Assembly (NCBI GenBank): GCA_965231005.1
Contig: OZ246405.1
Span: 1,159,829 to 1,223,828, forward strand
Origin: an uncultured Gammaproteobacteria bacterium
GTDB lineage: Bacteria; Patescibacteriota; Patescibacteriia; Magasanikbacterales; UBA922
DNA length: 64,000 nt
Direction: 5' to 3'
Below are positions 27,655 to 36,959 of this stretch, in pieces. How positions within the stretch are numbered: position 1 is the first letter of the stretch; each line of letters starts with the position of its first letter. The position numbers were made by a program, and so were the translations under genes. Under the pieces are notes generated by a model. That model worked only from the letters and a program-made list of their open reading frames with translations. It was not told where the DNA came from and did not search any database.

Positions 27655-27789
27655 GATAACTAGTAGAGCAACGTCAAATTATTCAAATGTACATATAGCA
27701 AATTTCAAATTCAACCTTTACAAGAGTGTTGCCTTAATCTTATTTTCATCTAATGGATAGTAAATAATAGATATTAGATAATATTTTTT

Positions 27790-28653
27790 TTAAGATAATT
27801 CCTCAATAAGCCTCTTTAACTCTTCTTTTGAATAGTAATTAATAACAATTGTTCCCTTTTCTCCACGCTGTGTAATTGTTACTTTTGATCCTAATCGATC
27901 TTCAAGCAATTGTTCTTGTGCACGCAAATTAACATCCCTTCTCACAGATCCTTTTCTTGATGCAGCACCTTTTCTTTCAACACTTTTCTCCACATCTCTT
28001 ACAGTCATACCCTCACCCATCATACTTGTAAACATTCCTAATTGTTCATCTTCACTTTTAAGACTCAAGAGCGCCCTTGCTTTTCCAACACTAATCTTTC
28101 CATCCATAAGCGCTTTTTGGATTTCATCTGGCAGCCCAAGAAGACGAACCATGTTCGCAATATATGGTCTACTTTTTCCAACTCGATCACTTACTTCTTG
28201 TTGCTTTAAACCAAATTCCTGTATCAATCTATTATATGAAAATGCTTCTTCAATAGGATTTAAGTCATGGCGTTGAATATTTTCAATAAGCGCAAGTTCT
28301 AATTTTTCTTGTTGTGTTGCACTACGGACAATTGCAGGGACAGTTGGGAGGCCTGCAACCTGACTTGCCCGCAAACGTCGTTCCCCTGCAATCAATTCGT
28401 ATCCCCCATCTTCCTTTTCTGTAACAGTAATAGGCTGAATAATCCCATGCTCTTTAATTGATTTTACCAAACTTTCTAATTCATCATGAGAAAAAACTTT
28501 TCTTGGTTGTTCAGCATTTGGAACAATTTCAGAAATAGGAATATGCCAAATTTTGTCTTTTGAAGAAGACGCCGAAGAACCGGTTTCCTTTCGGATTCTT
28601 TTCCGATCCTTTTTTTGCGGGATAAGTGAGTTTAATCCTTTTCCTAAAGCCAT
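27790..28653 (-). CDS. parB: Chromosome partitioning protein ParB.
   Basis: ParB box GERRLRAS. HTH region. 287 aa. Immediately downstream of parA. Confidence 0.9.
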   Translation of the reverse strand: MALGKGLNSLIPQKKDRKRIRKETGSSASSSKDKIWHIPISEIVPNAEQPRKVFSHDELESLVKSIKEHGIIQPITVTEKEDGGYELIAGERRLRASQVAGLPTVPAIVRSATQQEKLELALIENIQRHDLNPIEEAFSYNRLIQEFGLKQQEVSDRVGKSRPYIANMVRLLGLPDEIQKALMDGKISVGKARALLSLKSEDEQLGMFTSMMGEGMTVRDVEKSVERKGAASRKGSVRRDVNLRAQEQLLEDRLGSKVTITQRGEKGTIVINYYSKEELKRLIEELS

Positions 28654-28671
28654 AGAATAGATTTAAATAGG

Positions 28672-29436
28672 TTACTGATGAAGATCAAGTATTTCTCGAG
28701 CAAGACGTTCATATGCGCGTGCACCCTTTCCTTTTGGATCATAATGAAAAATTGTTTGTCCAAAACTAGGTGCTTCAGCCAAACGAACAGTCCTCGGAAC
28801 AACTGACCGAAATATAGTATTTGGGAAAAATTTATATAGCTCATTCATCACATCTTCTGACAATCTTGTTCTTTTATCAAACATCGTAATGATTGCACCC
28901 AATACAAGTAGTTCAGGTTTTAAATGATTTTTTACAAGATCGATTGTTTGCAACAGTTGTCCTAACCCTTCAAGAGCATAATATTCAGCTTGAACTGGAA
29001 TAAGAATCTCATCTGCAGCCACCAAAGCATTTACTGTTAACAACCCAAGCGAAGGTGGACAATCAATAATAATGTAGTCATATGCATGCCGCACTTCTTC
29101 CAAAAGATCTGAAAGCTGATACTCACGTCGTTCCATATCAACAAGTTCAATATTTGCACCAGCAAGATGTTGATTACATGGAACAATTCTTAATCCTTCA
29201 TGGGCAGTATTATGAACAACATCGTGAATCCTTTTTTCCTTTGCAAGTGCTTCATAAATGCTACTGTCTAGTTGTTCCCTATCAATACCAAATCCACTGG
29301 TTGCATTGCCCTGTGGATCAACATCTACCAATAAAACAAATTTGCCCGTCTCTGAGAGGGCAGCAGCTAGGTTCATGGCAGTGGTAGTTTTCCCTACACC
29401 ACCCTTTTGATTCACAACTGCGATAATCTTACTCAT
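28672..29436 (-). CDS. parA: Chromosome partitioning ATPase ParA/Soj.
   Basis: Deviant Walker A KGGVGKTTT. 254 aa. Confidence 0.92.
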   Translation of the reverse strand: MSKIIAVVNQKGGVGKTTTAMNLAAALSETGKFVLLVDVDPQGNATSGFGIDREQLDSSIYEALAKEKRIHDVVHNTAHEGLRIVPCNQHLAGANIELVDMERREYQLSDLLEEVRHAYDYIIIDCPPSLGLLTVNALVAADEILIPVQAEYYALEGLGQLLQTIDLVKNHLKPELLVLGAIITMFDKRTRLSEDVMNELYKFFPNTIFRSVVPRTVRLAEAPSFGQTIFHYDPKGKGARAYERLAREILDLHQ

Positions 29437-29460
29437 ATCTAGGCCTAGTATAGCAAATTA

Positions 29461-29489
29461 TTGACAAAGTCGCTATATCTGCGTATACT
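29461..29489 (+). promoter_or_regulatory. Near-consensus promoter TTGACA-17-TATACT upstream of tRNA-Leu, divergent from parA.
   Basis: TTGACAaagtcgctatatctgcgTATACT. Confidence 0.6.
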
Positions 29490-29511
29490 TATGGGGATCA
29501 AATAATGAAAA

Positions 29512-29555
29512 GCCCAAGTGGCGGAACCTGCCTGCCGGCAGGCAGGCCGGTAGAC
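29512..29555 (+). other. Pseudo-tRNA: a duplicate of the first 16 nt plus GGTAGAC of tRNA-Leu, interrupted by a perfect 20-bp GC-rich palindrome, inside the tRNA-Leu leader.
   Basis: GCCCAAGTGGCGGAAC ctgcctgccggcaggcagg CGGTAGAC, compared with the tRNA 5' end GCCCAAGTGGCGGAACTGGTAGAC. The palindrome cctgcctgccggcaggcagg spans 29527-29546. Confidence 0.7.
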
Positions 29556-29605
29556 AAGCTGATACAGGCTACATTATAGGAATAATGAATAAAACAAAAT
29601 CATAA

Positions 29606-29689
29606 GCCCAAGTGGCGGAACTGGTAGACGCGCTGGACTCAAAATCCAGTGGTAGCAATACCGTGAGAGTTCGAGTCTCTCCTTGGGCA
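29606..29689 (+). tRNA. tRNA-Leu, anticodon CAA, with a long variable arm.
   Basis: GCCCAAGTGGCGGAACTGGTAGACGCGCTGGACTCAAAATCCAGTGGTAGCAATACCGTGAGAGTTCGAGTCTCTCCTTGGGCA. Anticodon stem CTGGA/TCCAG. Loop CTCAAAA. Confidence 0.9.
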
Positions 29690-29690
29690 C

Positions 29691-29720
29691 AAAAAAGAGC
29701 GCTATGCGCTTTTTTTTATT
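29691..29720 (+). terminator. Rho-independent terminator after tRNA-Leu.
   Basis: aaaaaagagcgctatgcgctttttttt. Confidence 0.8.
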
Positions 29721-29733
29721 CTATTCAAAAATT

Positions 29734-30234
29734 TTACAATATCGCCCGGACTGTTTCACCCGCAAAAAGAGTAATTAATGTTACAAGTGTTGCTGCAAGA
29801 CAAACACCAATAGCAATAAGCGGAACTGATTTTTTAAATGGAATGTTAAATACAAATGCTGCAAATGATCCTGTCCATGAACCAGTAAGAGGAAGAGGAA
29901 TTCCTACAAAAATAATAAGACCTATTGCACCATATTTTACATACTTTCCTGAAAATGCTTTTTCAGCTCTATTTAAATGATGCTGCAATGCTTTTCCAAT
30001 GAGCTTCTTTTCCATAAGCCAATCATGAAGTAGAGGCATAAGATACAAAATAGCAAGCGCTGGAACCAGGTCACCTATAACAGCAATAATCCATGTCTTC
30101 CAAACTGGTAAACCATATAGTTCAATTCCGACTGGAATAGATGCACGAAGTTCTGTAACAGGAATCATGGACAAATAAAATACAGCCAACTCTGGTGGAA
30201 TCGATGAAAATAGATTTATAAAAAAGTCAGACAT
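29734..30234 (-). CDS. Small polytopic membrane protein; possibly of the putative small multidrug export protein family (COG2426-like).
   Basis: 166 aa, 4-5 TM helices. Motif VTELRASIPVG near the N-terminus. Confidence 0.45.
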   Translation of the reverse strand: MSDFFINLFSSIPPELAVFYLSMIPVTELRASIPVGIELYGLPVWKTWIIAVIGDLVPALAILYLMPLLHDWLMEKKLIGKALQHHLNRAEKAFSGKYVKYGAIGLIIFVGIPLPLTGSWTGSFAAFVFNIPFKKSVPLIAIGVCLAATLVTLITLFAGETVRAIL

Positions 30235-30249
30235 ACACTTTGGATAAAA

Positions 30250-31272
30250 TTACTTCCATGAGTATGCTTTGAGTACAGCATTTGCTATATCTCGTGCTTC
30301 TGTAAAACGCGCTTCATGATTTGTGGCACCAAGGACGACAACATCTAAAAGACGATCCTCCGCATCACTTATTTGTGTTGAAAAATTATATCCAGATGCA
30401 TCGATAAAACCAGTTTTGCCACCATGAATTTCAAAATCATGCGGAATCCAATCAAGCAACAACCAATTTGTATTCCACATATTGTGTTTTTTCTTCCGTT
30501 CTGCAGAATACAGAGAATGATCTTTACGCAAAAGAGCTGAACTAATTTTTTCATCTCTGAGCGCCTCATGCAATAATAACACAATATCAGATGCAGTTGA
30601 ACTATTTTCAGCGTCAAGACCTGTTGGTTCAATGAAATGTGTATCCATCATTCCAAGTTCATTTGCTTTTTGATTCATACGTTCAACAAAAATATCTCTT
30701 GACCATCCTGTTGCATCTGCAAGTGTGAGAATTGCTTTGTTTGAAGAAGCCGCGAGTCCTGCGCGCCACAAATCTTCGAGCGTGTATGTATCACCTGCAT
30801 ACATATGTGTGTCAACAACATCGTCTGACACAACCTGTGTTGTTGATGCCCAATCAATATCATGTTCGCGCAATACAAGTGCACTCATCAATTTTGTAAT
30901 ACTTGCTATAGGACGAAGTGCATATGGTTCTTTTCCAAAAAGAACAGCTCCAGACGCATTGTCTTTGACAATAAAACTTTTGGCACCAAAATTATCTAAC
31001 GGAGGTAATTCACCTTGAAGATCTGGAATGCTGACAACAGGTTCAATAGGTGGCTCAACTACAATATCTCCGGCTCCCTCTTCCGCAGGAACATCAGTAA
31101 CTTCTACAGCAACATTTTTTTCTACTTCTTTTGCAAGAGAATCTGGACTATAAGAAACATATGCAAATCCAGCACCACCAATTCCACCAATGATAAGAAT
31201 AATAAAAAAGATATTCCGCCAGAGATTGGAAAAATTATTTGTCTTTTCTATGTCCAAAAAATTATTTGTCAC
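30250..31272 (-). CDS. Serine-type D-Ala-D-Ala carboxypeptidase (penicillin-binding protein 5/6-like, peptidase S11) with an N-terminal membrane anchor.
   Basis: SxxK ASITKLMSAL. SxN LAASSNKAI. KTG HGGKTGFID. N-terminal TM IFFIILIIGGIGGAGFAY. Confidence 0.85.
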   Translation of the reverse strand: MTNNFLDIEKTNNFSNLWRNIFFIILIIGGIGGAGFAYVSYSPDSLAKEVEKNVAVEVTDVPAEEGAGDIVVEPPIEPVVSIPDLQGELPPLDNFGAKSFIVKDNASGAVLFGKEPYALRPIASITKLMSALVLREHDIDWASTTQVVSDDVVDTHMYAGDTYTLEDLWRAGLAASSNKAILTLADATGWSRDIFVERMNQKANELGMMDTHFIEPTGLDAENSSTASDIVLLLHEALRDEKISSALLRKDHSLYSAERKKKHNMWNTNWLLLDWIPHDFEIHGGKTGFIDASGYNFSTQISDAEDRLLDVVVLGATNHEARFTEARDIANAVLKAYSWK

Positions 31273-31281
31273 ACAATACTA

Positions 31282-31815
31282 TTAATCAGTTTTAGATTCA
31301 GCAAGGTACTCATGTCCTGACAACTGTTCATATTCTGGAAGTTCAGTAACAGACGAGATGCCCAAATGAGCGAGAGCCTCTACAGAAAGACTATAGGAGG
31401 CGTACAGCGCGTCTTTTGATGCAGATTCGACAATAAGTCCACGAATAAGCAAATTACGCAAAATAACAGCACAATTTACCCCTCGAATCTCTTCTAACTC
31501 TGGACGAGTAATAGGACTTTGATATGCAACAACCGTTAACGTTTCAAGTTGTGCCTTTGTTAGCTCACCTACAACTTCATCTTTTACAAACCCATCTATT
31601 GCCTCTGCATTGTTAGGATTTGTACCCATTTGAACATGATTGTCAGAAACAATAAGGTGAATCCCAGAATCATCCCTGTTGTATTTCATCATGAGCGTTT
31701 CTACAGCCTGTTCAATGTCTGCAGGTTGTTTGTTCAACGCTTTTGCAATCTTTTTGTATGTAAGTGGCTGAGAAGCAACAAAAAGGATTGATTCTATGTT
31801 TGAAAGTAATGACAT
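31282..31815 (-). CDS. scpB: Segregation and condensation protein B.
   Basis: MSLLSNIESILFVASQPLTYKKIAKAL. Tandem winged-helix organisation. Downstream of scpA. Confidence 0.88.
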   Translation of the reverse strand: MSLLSNIESILFVASQPLTYKKIAKALNKQPADIEQAVETLMMKYNRDDSGIHLIVSDNHVQMGTNPNNAEAIDGFVKDEVVGELTKAQLETLTVVAYQSPITRPELEEIRGVNCAVILRNLLIRGLIVESASKDALYASYSLSVEALAHLGISSVTELPEYEQLSGHEYLAESKTD

Positions 31816-31816
31816 G

Positions 31817-32509
31817 TTATTGTTTTATAATCATAATATCACCGAACTGTTCTTGTTGTGTCAATCGCACAGTTTTTTGTTTTACAAGTTCAAGCAACGC
31901 AAGAAAACCGACAATCACTTCTGTTTTATTTTGTGAATCTTCCAAAGCATCTAAAAAAGATACACTCTTCTTCTTGTTTAACAATGATCTCAATCGGTCT
32001 ATTGTATGCTTTAAAGTAATATTTTTGTCAATTTGTGTCTGAGGAAGTGGCTTTGCTGGTTTCAACCTGTTGATCAATTGTACCATATGTTTATGCATTG
32101 ATTCTAGTGTTGCATTTACTGGTGGTACAAACTCTGTTGACTTTCGTGGAGGTTCAAAGCGAAATGAAGTTTTAGATGGTTGAACCCATTTCGTATTCAA
32201 TTCTTTACTCGCTGCAACAAATGCTCTATATCGTCGAAGTTGATCTTCCAGGCTTTGTCCTTCATCCTCTTCTGGCAAAAATTGAGGTAATAATTTTTTT
32301 GATTTTAAAAGAAGAAGACGTGTGGCAACAACCAAAAAATCTGCAAGCTCATCTGCCTTTACCTCATTCAATGAATCTACATAGGTAATATACTGTTCAG
32401 TGACATGAGACAGCGCGAGCTCATTGATGGGAAGTTTTTCATCGTCAATCAACGTGAGAAGCAAATCAAGAGGTCCTGTAAATTGTTTAAGCTCTAAATC
32501 GACGCTCAT
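31817..32509 (-). CDS. scpA: Segregation and condensation protein A.
   Basis: FTGPLDLLLTLIDDEKLPINELALSHVTEQYITYV kleisin N-terminus. 230 aa. Confidence 0.88.
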   Translation of the reverse strand: MSVDLELKQFTGPLDLLLTLIDDEKLPINELALSHVTEQYITYVDSLNEVKADELADFLVVATRLLLLKSKKLLPQFLPEEDEGQSLEDQLRRYRAFVAASKELNTKWVQPSKTSFRFEPPRKSTEFVPPVNATLESMHKHMVQLINRLKPAKPLPQTQIDKNITLKHTIDRLRSLLNKKKSVSFLDALEDSQNKTEVIVGFLALLELVKQKTVRLTQQEQFGDIMIIKQ

Positions 32510-34212
32510 ACTTCTGAGAGTTTAAATACGATAAAATGACCATTTTCATATACTTGTTCGAAATACTCATTTCCAAATAGATCTTTCTGAAACAACATGG
32601 TCTTCTCCTCTATTGTATATGGAAAATTGTCTAAATGGAAGTACAATGGATATCCTTCATCTATCCCTTTGTAAAAAACAAACATATCCACGCTTCCCCA
32701 TGGTGTTGAATCAAAGGCCTGATGCAATGCTTTTGCACTTTGGATCTGTGTAGCATCTTGTAAAAAATAAAAACGTTCTGAAAAATGTGCACCAGGATGC
32801 GAATAATGTTGATTGTAATAGAGAAAATCATTTACTGGCAAAAGTGTATGAAGAACTGGCAGACCCGACGTTACTATCAAACGATCTGATATATTCTGTG
32901 ACTCTAGAAAATTATATAAATCTTGAATTCCAGGGCCAAATGTATGTGCTCTTGTGCGTACAGCAAGAACATCCTTTTTGTCTGCAAATGTTCCAAAGAT
33001 TGCTTGCGTTCCAGTAATAATAAGGACAATTATCACTATTGGACGCAGCCAATGCTTATATTGGAGATTAGACGATAATGCATGCCAACCCTTTTCAACC
33101 ACATATCCCAATCCAAGTGCAAGCACTGCTGCATTCCAAAACATAAATCCTTTTGACTCTTGCAATGGTGATGCAAAAAACAAAATGGTAAACAGTCCGA
33201 TAATTTGCCACAAATACGGCATTGCAAACAGAACCAACAATGTTCTGTTGTACGTTTTTTTAATGAAAAATAATATTCCGCCAAAACCAAACATGGCAAG
33301 CAACCCTCTCCAACTAAGATCTACAAAAGGCACATGTGTTGCCAGACGATTGATATTTGTATATCCAACCTGAAAATTTTCTGATCCCTGAGTAAGATAC
33401 ACTGTTGCGAGTGGATACCAAAATGGCGCAGAAACCAAGATAGCAATAGCTGCTATAAAACCTAACTGCAAATATTTTTTCCCTGTCATATTCTTGGAAA
33501 AAAGATTGTATGCTGCAATTCCAAGTGCTGAAAAGAAAAACCAAAAATAGAATGACATAAAGAGTAAACCGCCTGTTACACCATATGCAAGAATATGTTT
33601 TTTGGTCATCTGTTTTGTATGTACTGATGTAATGAGAAATAACGTCCATAAGACAATAAGTGCGGCAGAAACAAATTCATACTGTTTCAATATAATGGCG
33701 TCTGTATCTACAAACATAAGCAATGCCATTGCCGAAACAAACCAGGCAATATTTTTTGGTGAATCCTTATCACTATGTTTCCAAAAAAATTCTTGAATGT
33801 AATAAAAAGCAACCGGGAAAAAAAGAAATACGCACAAATTTGCAAACTTTGCTATTTGTATTCCGTTCCAGTCAAAAAATTTCCCAATATAGCTAAACAG
33901 AGAAAAAAATAGTGGTGGATAAAATGCAGGCAGATGTGTATATGCAAAATCAACAAAAAAACCATGATGTGCTGCCGCATAATACAATGCTGCAATAAAA
34001 TTCTCATCACCTTGCAACCCCCAAAACATGAGTTGTGTTCCTTGAACTAAAAAGAAATAAGAAATTGCAGATAACAATCCAAACATAAACAAAAACAATT
34101 TCAGATTTATTTTTTTGTATATTGCATAGACCCCAAATATTACAAAAACAAAAAAACACAATTTTATTGCGATAATATGTTGGATATCAGTAAAAGTGAA
34201 CAATTGATCCAT
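32506..34212 (-). CDS. Large polytopic membrane protein with a C-terminal extracytoplasmic domain; possibly a GT-C-type glycosyltransferase-like enzyme.
   Basis: 568 aa, at least 12 predicted TM helices. Conserved acidic loop WGLQGDENFIAALYY after the first TM helices. Overlaps the scpA start by 4 nt. Confidence 0.35.
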   Translation of the reverse strand: MDQLFTFTDIQHIIAIKLCFFVFVIFGVYAIYKKINLKLFLFMFGLLSAISYFFLVQGTQLMFWGLQGDENFIAALYYAAAHHGFFVDFAYTHLPAFYPPLFFSLFSYIGKFFDWNGIQIAKFANLCVFLFFPVAFYYIQEFFWKHSDKDSPKNIAWFVSAMALLMFVDTDAIILKQYEFVSAALIVLWTLFLITSVHTKQMTKKHILAYGVTGGLLFMSFYFWFFFSALGIAAYNLFSKNMTGKKYLQLGFIAAIAILVSAPFWYPLATVYLTQGSENFQVGYTNINRLATHVPFVDLSWRGLLAMFGFGGILFFIKKTYNRTLLVLFAMPYLWQIIGLFTILFFASPLQESKGFMFWNAAVLALGLGYVVEKGWHALSSNLQYKHWLRPIVIIVLIITGTQAIFGTFADKKDVLAVRTRAHTFGPGIQDLYNFLESQNISDRLIVTSGLPVLHTLLPVNDFLYYNQHYSHPGAHFSERFYFLQDATQIQSAKALHQAFDSTPWGSVDMFVFYKGIDEGYPLYFHLDNFPYTIEEKTMLFQKDLFGNEYFEQVYENGHFIVFKLSEV

Positions 34213-34236
34213 AATGTAAAGATTTCAATTAAATGT

Positions 34237-34533
34237 TTATGTTAGTAATAATGTTGTTTGTTTTCCATGTACTACCTCCTGAGCAACTTTTTTTCCTTTT
34301 GCAGTGAGTTTCACATGTGTAATAAACCACTTCTGCTCTGTCCTTTTTCCAAATCCTATAAGTAATCCGTTTGAAATAAGACTCTCAATGCTTTTGGTAA
34401 TATTATTTGTTTTATGCTTTACACTATCTTTTCGCTCAGGACCATAGAATGCCAAAAACACCCCTCTTTCCACTCGTCTGCCTTTAAGAAAGCAGGAGCG
34501 CAGGATATGCTTTTGGAGCGCTCGCAGGTGCAT
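34237..34533 (-). CDS. Hypothetical small basic protein, possibly a winged-helix DNA-binding protein.
   Basis: 98 aa. ITKSIESLISNGLLIGFGKRTEQKWFITHVKLTAKGKK resembles a wHTH recognition helix plus wing. Confidence 0.35.
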   Translation of the reverse strand: MHLRALQKHILRSCFLKGRRVERGVFLAFYGPERKDSVKHKTNNITKSIESLISNGLLIGFGKRTEQKWFITHVKLTAKGKKVAQEVVHGKQTTLLLT

Positions 34534-34683
34534 AAATTTAGCTTATTTTAGCCAAATAATTCAATGTAAGTATATCAAATTTTTCTGCCAATAGCAACTA
34601 TGTGTACCAATCAGAAAGATCAAACTGCTGCGACTATTTTTTGACATATACAACACAAGTTTTATTTTTTCTTGATGCGTATC

Positions 34684-34692
34684 TGTTATAAT
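34684..34692 (+). promoter_or_regulatory. Extended -10 element TGtTATAAT upstream of the small GC-rich ORF.
   Basis: ctgttataat about 30 nt upstream of the ATG at 34722. No good -35. Confidence 0.35.
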
Positions 34693-34721
34693 TTTATTTT
34701 CTAGCAAGACCAGGAGGGTCT

Positions 34722-34961
34722 ATGAGACTTTGTTTTGAAACGTTTGGTCACGAAGCCAGCCCACAAGCCGTTCCAAGTTCTGCAGCTGCCGATGCGTGGC
34801 GTGCAGCACAAAAATTCGTGAACACCAAGCTAAGCAAAAGCAAAAAAGCCAAGCAGGGTGAAAAGGGACCAGTTGTAGAGTTTCACCAATCAGTGGCAAT
34901 GGAAGAAGGTGGGGGTTTTCTAGCTGTTGTTGCTGTGACGTGGTGGGAGGTTGAAGATTAA
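34722..34961 (+). CDS. Hypothetical 79-aa protein with a perfect SD (AGGAGG) and elevated GC (about 50%).
   Basis: caggagggtctATGAGA. Protein MRLCFETFGHEASPQAVPSSAAADAWRAAQKFVNTKLSKSKKAKQGEKGPVVEFHQSVAMEEGGGFLAVVAVTWWEVED. Followed directly by a terminator. Confidence 0.45.
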   Translation: MRLCFETFGHEASPQAVPSSAAADAWRAAQKFVNTKLSKSKKAKQGEKGPVVEFHQSVAMEEGGGFLAVVAVTWWEVED

Positions 34962-34962
34962 A

Positions 34963-34990
34963 AGACGGACCTGTCCGATCCGTCTTTTCT
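34963..34990 (+). terminator. Rho-independent terminator after the small ORF. A second hairpin at 34993-35016 serves the convergent aspS gene.
   Basis: agacgg acctgtccgat ccgtct ttttct, then aggggatgag ttta ctcgtcccct. Confidence 0.7.
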
Positions 34991-35023
34991 AGGGGATGAG
35001 TTTACTCGTCCCCTACTTTCTTT

Positions 35024-36844
35024 TTATTTCTTTTTTTTCTTTCCTTTTTCTTCTCGCATCTGCAATCCCAATTCTTTTAGTTGTTCATCATCTACAGTGC
35101 TTGGACTTCCCATCATAACTTCTTCTGCTTTTTGATTCTTTGGAAATGGTACAACCGTTCTAATACTTTCTTCTCCAAGCAATAACATGGTGAGACGTTC
35201 AATTCCCGGAGCAAATCCACAATGAGGTGGAGCACCATATTCAAAGGCATCGATCATATGTCCAAACTTATCATCAACATCTTTTTTAGAATATCCTGCG
35301 ACTTCAAACGCTTTGTACATAATTTCTGGATCTTTATTTCGTACAGCTCCAGAAGAAAGTTCTAAACCATTTGCAATGATATCATATTGGAAGGCCAAAA
35401 TATCGAGCGGGTCTTTCGTTTCAAGTGCCTCCATACCACCCTGTGGCATTGAAAATGGATTATGACCAAAATCAATTTTCCCAGTTTCTTTATCTTGTTC
35501 ATACATTGGAAAATCAACAATCCATGCCCATGCAATAACATTTGGATCTGCCAGTTCAAGTTTTTTTCCTACTGCATGACGTACTGCTCCCAGTGCTTCA
35601 CAACTTGTTTTCCAATCATCTGCAACAAAGAAAATAATACTTCCTTCTTCTGGATTTAATTGTTCTTGCAGATCATTGAGCTCAACACCAGTAAAGAATT
35701 TTTTAATTGGACCACTAAACCCGCCATGCTCAAACTTCATCCATGCCAGTCCTTTTGCATGATTTCTTTTTGCAACATCTTCAAATTCTTCTGTTATTTC
35801 TTTTCTAGAAAATGCTCCACCACCTGGAACATACAAGGCTCGAACATATTCTGCAGAAGAGAACACGGTAAATTTAGTCGCTGTCCCCCACTCAGAAAGA
35901 TCTGTAAGAGTTAATTCGTACCGTAAATCAGGTCTATCTCCACCATATGTTTCCATAACATCTTTGTATGCAATACGAGGAATTTTCTTCTCTTTCATTT
36001 TCTTTTTTGCAATTTTTGTTGTCAATTCAACAAAGAGAGGCTCCATAAGATCAAAAAATTCATCTTGACTCATAAAACTGACTTCACAATCAAGCTGATA
36101 AAATTCACCAGGAGAACGATCTGCACGCGGATCCTCGTCTCTCATACAAGGTGCGATCTGATAATACCTGTCAAACCCAGCAACCATAAGAAGTTGTTTG
36201 TACTGTTGTGGTGCTTGTGGAAGTGCGTAAAATTTTCCAGGATGGATTCTGCTTGGAACAAGAAAATCACGCGCACCTTCTGGAGATGATACTGTTAAAA
36301 TTGGAGTATCAATATTTACAAAATCATTTTTCTCCATGTACTTACGAATGTGTTGTACCATTTTTGCCCTAAACAAAATATTTTGTTTTAATTTTTCTCT
36401 TCTAAGTTCTAAAAATCTATATTTAAGTCGCAATTCTTCTTCTTCCTCTCCCTTTCCTGAGTCAAAAATTTCAAAGGGCATTGTCTTTGCATGGCTCAAA
36501 ATTTCTACTGATGTTGCTGATACTTCAATTTCACCTGTTTTTATTTTTTTATTTACTGTTTTTTCATTTCTCTCGACTACTGCCCCTTTTACTGAAATAA
36601 TATATTCATATTTTAAACTTTCTGCAATTGAAAAATCCTCTACCTTTTCTGGATGAAATACAATTTGTGTCATGCCATAGCGATCTCTGAGGTCAACAAA
36701 AATAAGGCCACCAAGATCGCGGCGCTTATGAACCCATCCAGAAAGCATAACTTCTTCTCCTACGTTTTTTTTGCTTAACTCAGCACAATTATGTGTTCGA
36801 TATGTCATAAAATAGCTTATTTGTGTACAGACATATGGTATCAA
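35024..36844 (-). CDS. aspS: Aspartyl-tRNA synthetase. The start may be the internal ATG at 36808.
   Basis: N-terminal OB fold HNCAELSKKNVGEEVMLSGWVHKRRDLGGLIFVDLRDRYG. Class II motifs FDRYYQIAPCMRDED. GLELSSG. Length about 600 aa. Confidence 0.92.
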   Translation of the reverse strand: MIPYVCTQISYFMTYRTHNCAELSKKNVGEEVMLSGWVHKRRDLGGLIFVDLRDRYGMTQIVFHPEKVEDFSIAESLKYEYIISVKGAVVERNEKTVNKKIKTGEIEVSATSVEILSHAKTMPFEIFDSGKGEEEEELRLKYRFLELRREKLKQNILFRAKMVQHIRKYMEKNDFVNIDTPILTVSSPEGARDFLVPSRIHPGKFYALPQAPQQYKQLLMVAGFDRYYQIAPCMRDEDPRADRSPGEFYQLDCEVSFMSQDEFFDLMEPLFVELTTKIAKKKMKEKKIPRIAYKDVMETYGGDRPDLRYELTLTDLSEWGTATKFTVFSSAEYVRALYVPGGGAFSRKEITEEFEDVAKRNHAKGLAWMKFEHGGFSGPIKKFFTGVELNDLQEQLNPEEGSIIFFVADDWKTSCEALGAVRHAVGKKLELADPNVIAWAWIVDFPMYEQDKETGKIDFGHNPFSMPQGGMEALETKDPLDILAFQYDIIANGLELSSGAVRNKDPEIMYKAFEVAGYSKKDVDDKFGHMIDAFEYGAPPHCGFAPGIERLTMLLLGEESIRTVVPFPKNQKAEEVMMGSPSTVDDEQLKELGLQMREEKGKKKKK

Positions 36845-36959
36845 TTATTTGCCTTTGGTGCAAGGGTAATATAGATATACAAACTCACAATATGATATAC
36901 TGCAAATTATAAGAGAAATTCGTTATTTTCTCTAAATTTAATTAAATATTTTCACTCAT

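Noticed and set aside
29612-29980. 122-aa plus-strand ORF starting inside tRNA-Leu
   Set aside because: It overlaps the tRNA gene and its terminator and runs antisense to the membrane protein gene at 29734..30234. Treated as an artefact.
35024-36844. Alternative longer start for aspS at 36844 (MIPYVCTQISYF...)
   Set aside because: The 12 extra residues are hydrophobic and unlike AspS N-termini. The ATG at 36808 (MTYRTHNCAELS...) aligns with the AspS anticodon-binding domain start. Kept the ORF-track coordinates in the feature but flagged the uncertainty.
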